DNA of 64,000 bases. It comes from an uncultured Candidatus Saccharibacteria bacterium. Lineage in GTDB: Bacteria > Patescibacteriota > Minisyncoccia > Phycocordibacterales > UBA2100. Shown one piece after another: positions 60,679 through 64,000 of the stretch. Below the pieces are notes generated by a model. It saw only the letters and a program-made list of their open reading frames with translations. It was not told where the DNA came from and ran no database searches. The translations under genes were made by a program, and so were the position numbers. How positions within the stretch are numbered: position 1 is the stretch's first letter; each line of letters starts with the position of its first letter. Location of the stretch: the NCBI GenBank assembly GCA_964594735.1, contig CAZQMS010000003.1, forward strand, positions 30,043 to 94,042. Reading direction: 5' to 3'.

Positions 60679-61785
60679 ATGAAAACTCACAAGTTGGTAA
60701 TCCCGGCAATAGCTGCCGCAATGCTCTTCATGGCTGCGGGCGTGGCGGCGCAAACGAGCGTCACCGCGACAGCGTCTCCCGGTACCGGCACTGCTCCCGC
60801 CGGCACCCAGGTCAACCTCGGAAGCATTACCCTCACAGGTTCGGCAGGAGCGACGGTGACGTCGATACCGCTCACGTTCACCTCGACAGGTGGCGCGACA
60901 CTTACCCACCTGAGCAACTGTCAGCTCTACAATGCTGGCAGTGGCACGTCGCTCACGACAGGCGGCAACGTGGTGACTGGCATAGGCAGTAGTTCGAGCA
61001 CCTTCAACCTCAATGCGCCTCTGACTCTGTCAGCTTCACCGACCTCACTCACGGTCCGATGTGACGTAGGCTCGACGATTCCCTCGACGGGCATGTTCTC
61101 GTATACCGTCGGGGCTCCGACGATAGGTACGTCTACTGGCACGACGACACAGTCGACACTTCCGGCTCTCGGGGTCAACCTGGATATCGCCCCCAGTGTG
61201 CCTCGCGGAAGCAACGACGTCGCTCTGGCGAACATCTCGCTCGGCGTCGGAACATCTTCAAGTGTTCGCATCAACTCCATTCCGCTCAGCGTAGTCGCGG
61301 GAGGCAGCGCGACCGTGACGAATCTCAGTGATTGTCGCATTCGCGATGCGTCCAACATTGGCGGCTCACTCTCGGGCAGCATGAACCTGTCGTCGAGTGG
61401 TGCAACCGTATTCGCACTCTCGAGCCCGCTCACAATTGGTGCAGGGGGTACGGACATGTTCTCGTTCACGTGCGATGTGAGTGCATCGGCACCGATTGGC
61501 GGAACATTCACGATTTCTGTTGTACCCGCCAATGTTGGAGCTACGAATCCCACAACGGGCGCAGCAGTCACAGGTGTCGCGACTACGGGGACGGGCCCCA
61601 ACGGTCTTCCGGCAGCTACCACAGGCACGGTCATTGTGACCGGGACTGTCCCTGGTGGCAACACAACAACGACTCCGGGCATCCCAAATACGGGCCTCGG
61701 TGGCGGTATGGCGATGACTCTCGGCGCGCTCTTCCTTGCGGCACTCTTTGCTCTCGGAAGTGTTGCGTACATGAGACGCGTCTAG
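60679..61785 (+). CDS. Cell-surface Thr/Gly/Ser-rich protein with a C-terminal sortase-type sorting signal (IPNTG + TM + RRV)
   Basis: Signal peptide MKTHKLVIPAIAAAMLFMAAGVAA; two internally duplicated ~170-aa halves (LTGSAGATVTSIPLTFTS... / LGVGTSSSVRINSIPLSVVA...); C-terminus IPNTG-LGGGMAMTLGALFLAALFALGSVAYM-RRV. Confidence 0.7.
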   Translation: MKTHKLVIPAIAAAMLFMAAGVAAQTSVTATASPGTGTAPAGTQVNLGSITLTGSAGATVTSIPLTFTSTGGATLTHLSNCQLYNAGSGTSLTTGGNVVTGIGSSSSTFNLNAPLTLSASPTSLTVRCDVGSTIPSTGMFSYTVGAPTIGTSTGTTTQSTLPALGVNLDIAPSVPRGSNDVALANISLGVGTSSSVRINSIPLSVVAGGSATVTNLSDCRIRDASNIGGSLSGSMNLSSSGATVFALSSPLTIGAGGTDMFSFTCDVSASAPIGGTFTISVVPANVGATNPTTGAAVTGVATTGTGPNGLPAATTGTVIVTGTVPGGNTTTTPGIPNTGLGGGMAMTLGALFLAALFALGSVAYMRRV

Positions 61786-61806
61786 CTTTCGTCGGCAGAC
61801 ACACTG

Positions 61807-61841
61807 CAAAAGAAGGACCCCGAATCGGGGTCCTTCTTTTA
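61807..61841. terminator. Bidirectional rho-independent terminator (AAAAGAAGGACCCCG-AAT-CGGGGTCCTTCTTTT)
   Basis: Perfect 11-bp stem flanked by an A-run and a T-run, between convergent genes. Confidence 0.7.
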
Positions 61842-63875
61842 TGCTAGAGCTGCGATAGCTTCGCTTAGCTCTTGAATACCTACAGGTTTAGTGAGGTGCG
61901 CGTTGAAGCCTGACTCAAGGGCACGTTTCTTGTCGTCGGCCATGCCGTACCCGGTGAGTGCAATAAGAGGCGTGCGCAGTCCGCGTTGACGGAGTGTCAC
62001 CGCGAGTTGGTATCCGTCCATGTGGGGCATTCCGACATCAAGCAGCAAGACATCGTACGGTGCCAGATCGTGGGCGAGCGTCTCGTCACCAGAATAGAGC
62101 GTATCCGCATGCGCACCGACCTTATTGAGCAGTTTCGCGAGTGAATCTGCTGCCTGAATGTTGTCGTCGACGATAAGAATGCGCTTTCCCGCAGCCGCAG
62201 CTCCGGTTCGCGCTTGGGGGCTCTGATGTGGCACGTTGTCCTCTGCGAGGGGAAGGCGTATAACGAACTCGCTGCCTTTGCCCGGCCCGTCGCTCCGCGC
62301 CTCGATGGTGCCCCTATGTAAATTGACTATGCGCTGCACAAGAAGGAGTCCGATACCGAGACCCGTCGATGCGTGGTCGCGCGTCGACGCGCCCTGGTAG
62401 TACATGTTGAATATATTGGGCAGGTCTTTCGGGTCGATGCCCGCCCCGTTATCACGTATCCGAATGCACGCAGCTTCGTCTAATCTTTCTACGTCGACCC
62501 AAATGGATCCGCCCGCGGGGGTGAACTTGATTGCATTGCTCAATAGGTTGGAAATAGCCTGTTCGATACGTGTCTCGTCTGCGTGTATGAACGTGTTGTC
62601 GCTCGGGATAGAGAAATGGAGCGTGATGTCTGCGTTGCGCAACAGCGCGTCGCTTGCCTTGAGTGCACGCTCCACGACGCGGCGCACATCCACGTTTGCG
62701 GGGGAGAGCGTAATTTTCGAGTGAGTAAAGCGTGTCACGTCGAGAAGGTCGTTGAGCAGTCGCGCCATGTGGTCGAACTGATGCTCGATAACATCCAGTT
62801 CTTCGCGGATTTCAGGGGGTGCATCTTTGACTTTTAGTATTTCCAGAGAGCTTTTGATGGGTGCCAGCGGATTGCGAAGTTCGTGCGAGAGTGAAGCGAG
62901 GAACGTGTCTTTCGCACCATCGCGCTTCTTGATGGCATCGTAGAGCCTCGCGTTGTCGATAACGACGCCCAGGTGGAGGCAGTACTCCTTGAAGAATTGC
63001 AAATCATCCTCCGAATAGACGCGACCGGATTCTGCGTATGCCAGGGTGAGCGCGCCGAGCCCCTTGCCACGCGAAATAATCGGCACAATCATGACAGACT
63101 TAAGGTTGAGCTTCTTGATGTCTGCAAGATGCTCTGGGGAAGTTGCGCTTGCCGCGATCATCTCGTCTGTGACGACGGGTATGAACTGCGGCGTGAGGTG
63201 CTTGATCACATTGTAAATGCTCCGGGGAGCGGCCGGGTCTGGTGGGTACTTTTTGTAGTACCCATTCAGAAACTCAAGCATCTCTTGCTTCTGGTGAACA
63301 ATGACCGCCCGCTCTGTGGTCTTGCCGTGGAGTAAGTCGATAGCGCACCAATCGGCAAGGAGAGGGACTGTGAGGCGAGCCTTTTCGGTAAGGCGCTTAC
63401 GAAAGTCTGCAGTAAGAGAGAGAATCTTTGCTGACTCGAGTATAAACTGAAGATGATCCTCGCGCGCCTTTCTTAAAGAAATATCAGCAATTGTCGAAAT
63501 GACGAACTGCAAATTGCCTGCCGCATCGGTTATTCGCAGGCACGAAACGGATAGCCAGACTGTTCGACCAGCAGGGGAGATGTACAAGTATGGTTCATCA
63601 TGTGTTTCTTCACCCGCAAATGCACGCTCTATGGGGAAGTCACGCGGATCGATGGGCTCACCCGTTTTCGTGCGCAGCTTGTGTCGCTGCGAAAGCTGCT
63701 CGAGCGCACCGCCAATGCTGCCGTCCTTGCCGCCCGTGACGCTCGCCATGGCTGGGTTGATGTAGAGAAGTTTACGTTCCGCGCTGAAAACCGCGACACC
63801 CTGATTGAGAGAGGAGAGTACGCCCTTCAGAATCGGCATCTTCTCAAAATCGGGCGTTGGCATGGTCATTAACAA
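61839..63875 (-). CDS. Hybrid sensor histidine kinase/response regulator with PAS and GAF domains
   Basis: PAS-like N-terminus, GAF region, HisKA (HELRNPLAPI), HATPase_c (DNGAGI...GLGIGL), and a C-terminal receiver (ILIVDDN...LLLDVGMPHMDG). Confidence 0.85.
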   Translation of the reverse strand: MLMTMPTPDFEKMPILKGVLSSLNQGVAVFSAERKLLYINPAMASVTGGKDGSIGGALEQLSQRHKLRTKTGEPIDPRDFPIERAFAGEETHDEPYLYISPAGRTVWLSVSCLRITDAAGNLQFVISTIADISLRKAREDHLQFILESAKILSLTADFRKRLTEKARLTVPLLADWCAIDLLHGKTTERAVIVHQKQEMLEFLNGYYKKYPPDPAAPRSIYNVIKHLTPQFIPVVTDEMIAASATSPEHLADIKKLNLKSVMIVPIISRGKGLGALTLAYAESGRVYSEDDLQFFKEYCLHLGVVIDNARLYDAIKKRDGAKDTFLASLSHELRNPLAPIKSSLEILKVKDAPPEIREELDVIEHQFDHMARLLNDLLDVTRFTHSKITLSPANVDVRRVVERALKASDALLRNADITLHFSIPSDNTFIHADETRIEQAISNLLSNAIKFTPAGGSIWVDVERLDEAACIRIRDNGAGIDPKDLPNIFNMYYQGASTRDHASTGLGIGLLLVQRIVNLHRGTIEARSDGPGKGSEFVIRLPLAEDNVPHQSPQARTGAAAAGKRILIVDDNIQAADSLAKLLNKVGAHADTLYSGDETLAHDLAPYDVLLLDVGMPHMDGYQLAVTLRQRGLRTPLIALTGYGMADDKKRALESGFNAHLTKPVGIQELSEAIAALA

Positions 63876-63916
63876 GAGAATATACGTCTTTGAAGATTAA
63901 CGTATCATGAAGATGC

Positions 63917-64000
63917 CGCGTCTACACTCCGTCGCCAGTCTTCATCTGACCTTTGCCCACCAGTTCGTACACTGGTGGCATGAAGAAGTTTCTCGCAAGC
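63917..64000 (+). CDS. Possible 5' end of a gene running off the right window edge
   Basis: ATG at 63917 opens a frame with no stop to position 64000 (MKMPRLHSVASLHLTFAHQF...). No other support. Confidence 0.15.

Noticed and set aside
1-64000. CRISPR arrays, cas genes, transposases, integrases, toxin-antitoxin or restriction-modification genes
   Set aside because: I found none. The only tandem DNA repeats are the coding 48-nt repeats at 521-899. The only direct repeat suggestive of mobility is the tRNA-Phe 3' duplication, which lacks an associated integrase.

Overview
This 64 kb window is a high-GC, densely coded bacterial chromosomal segment with genes on both strands. Most of it is core metabolism and housekeeping. 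On the plus strand: class II (B12-dependent) ribonucleotide reductase NrdJ, MurJ, LepA (EF4), a pur cluster (PurS-like/PurL fusion, purQ, purK, purE, purM, purC, purB with three unrelated genes inserted), and a sugar cluster (GH1 beta-glucosidase, clan GH-A hydrolase, cupin-type glucose-6-phosphate isomerase, ROK kinase). On the minus strand: HisS and a dTMP operon (CYTH-dcd-thyA-glyA) divergent from an HD dNTPase-like gene plus folA. There are also two thiol-disulfide modules (Trx-like+DsbB; Met-rich Trx + CcdA-redoxin fusion), two two-component systems, an ABC-2 exporter, four tRNAs (Ser-GGA, Gly-CCC, Arg-CCT, Phe-GAA) and a clearly recognisable RNase P RNA (rnpB). Class II RNR, an archaeal-type cupin PGI, a stand-alone IMP-cyclohydrolase domain, an IPNTG sortase substrate and many tiny membrane proteins suggest a small-genome, possibly Patescibacteria/CPR-like organism; this is inference only. 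I found no CRISPR array, transposase, integrase or recognisable defence island. The most unusual content is non-coding. (1) A ~100 bp element of two conserved inverted arms (CCCCGTGAGATAAG ... TATCTCAYGGGG) around a 63-69 nt variable spacer occurs at three loci, one merging into the 5' end of rnpB, with a possible fused-arm hairpin relic at 60017-60042. (2) A second ~95 bp family of nested palindromes with a shared core (exact 15-mer CGCGCCGTCGCGCTC in two copies, compensatory stem changes) sits 5-13 nt after the stop codons of three plus-strand genes, always in the same orientation. Other findings: a 14-nt duplication of the tRNA-Phe 3' end 177 bp downstream (att-like scar) beside a DEDD exonuclease; a bacterial SET-domain protein; a 736-aa protein with about nine tandem 16-aa repeats whose frame is open to the left window edge; an HxlR operator palindrome; and a TGA-interrupted small ORF pair. 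All annotations are from reading the sequence and ORF translations; no database search was run.
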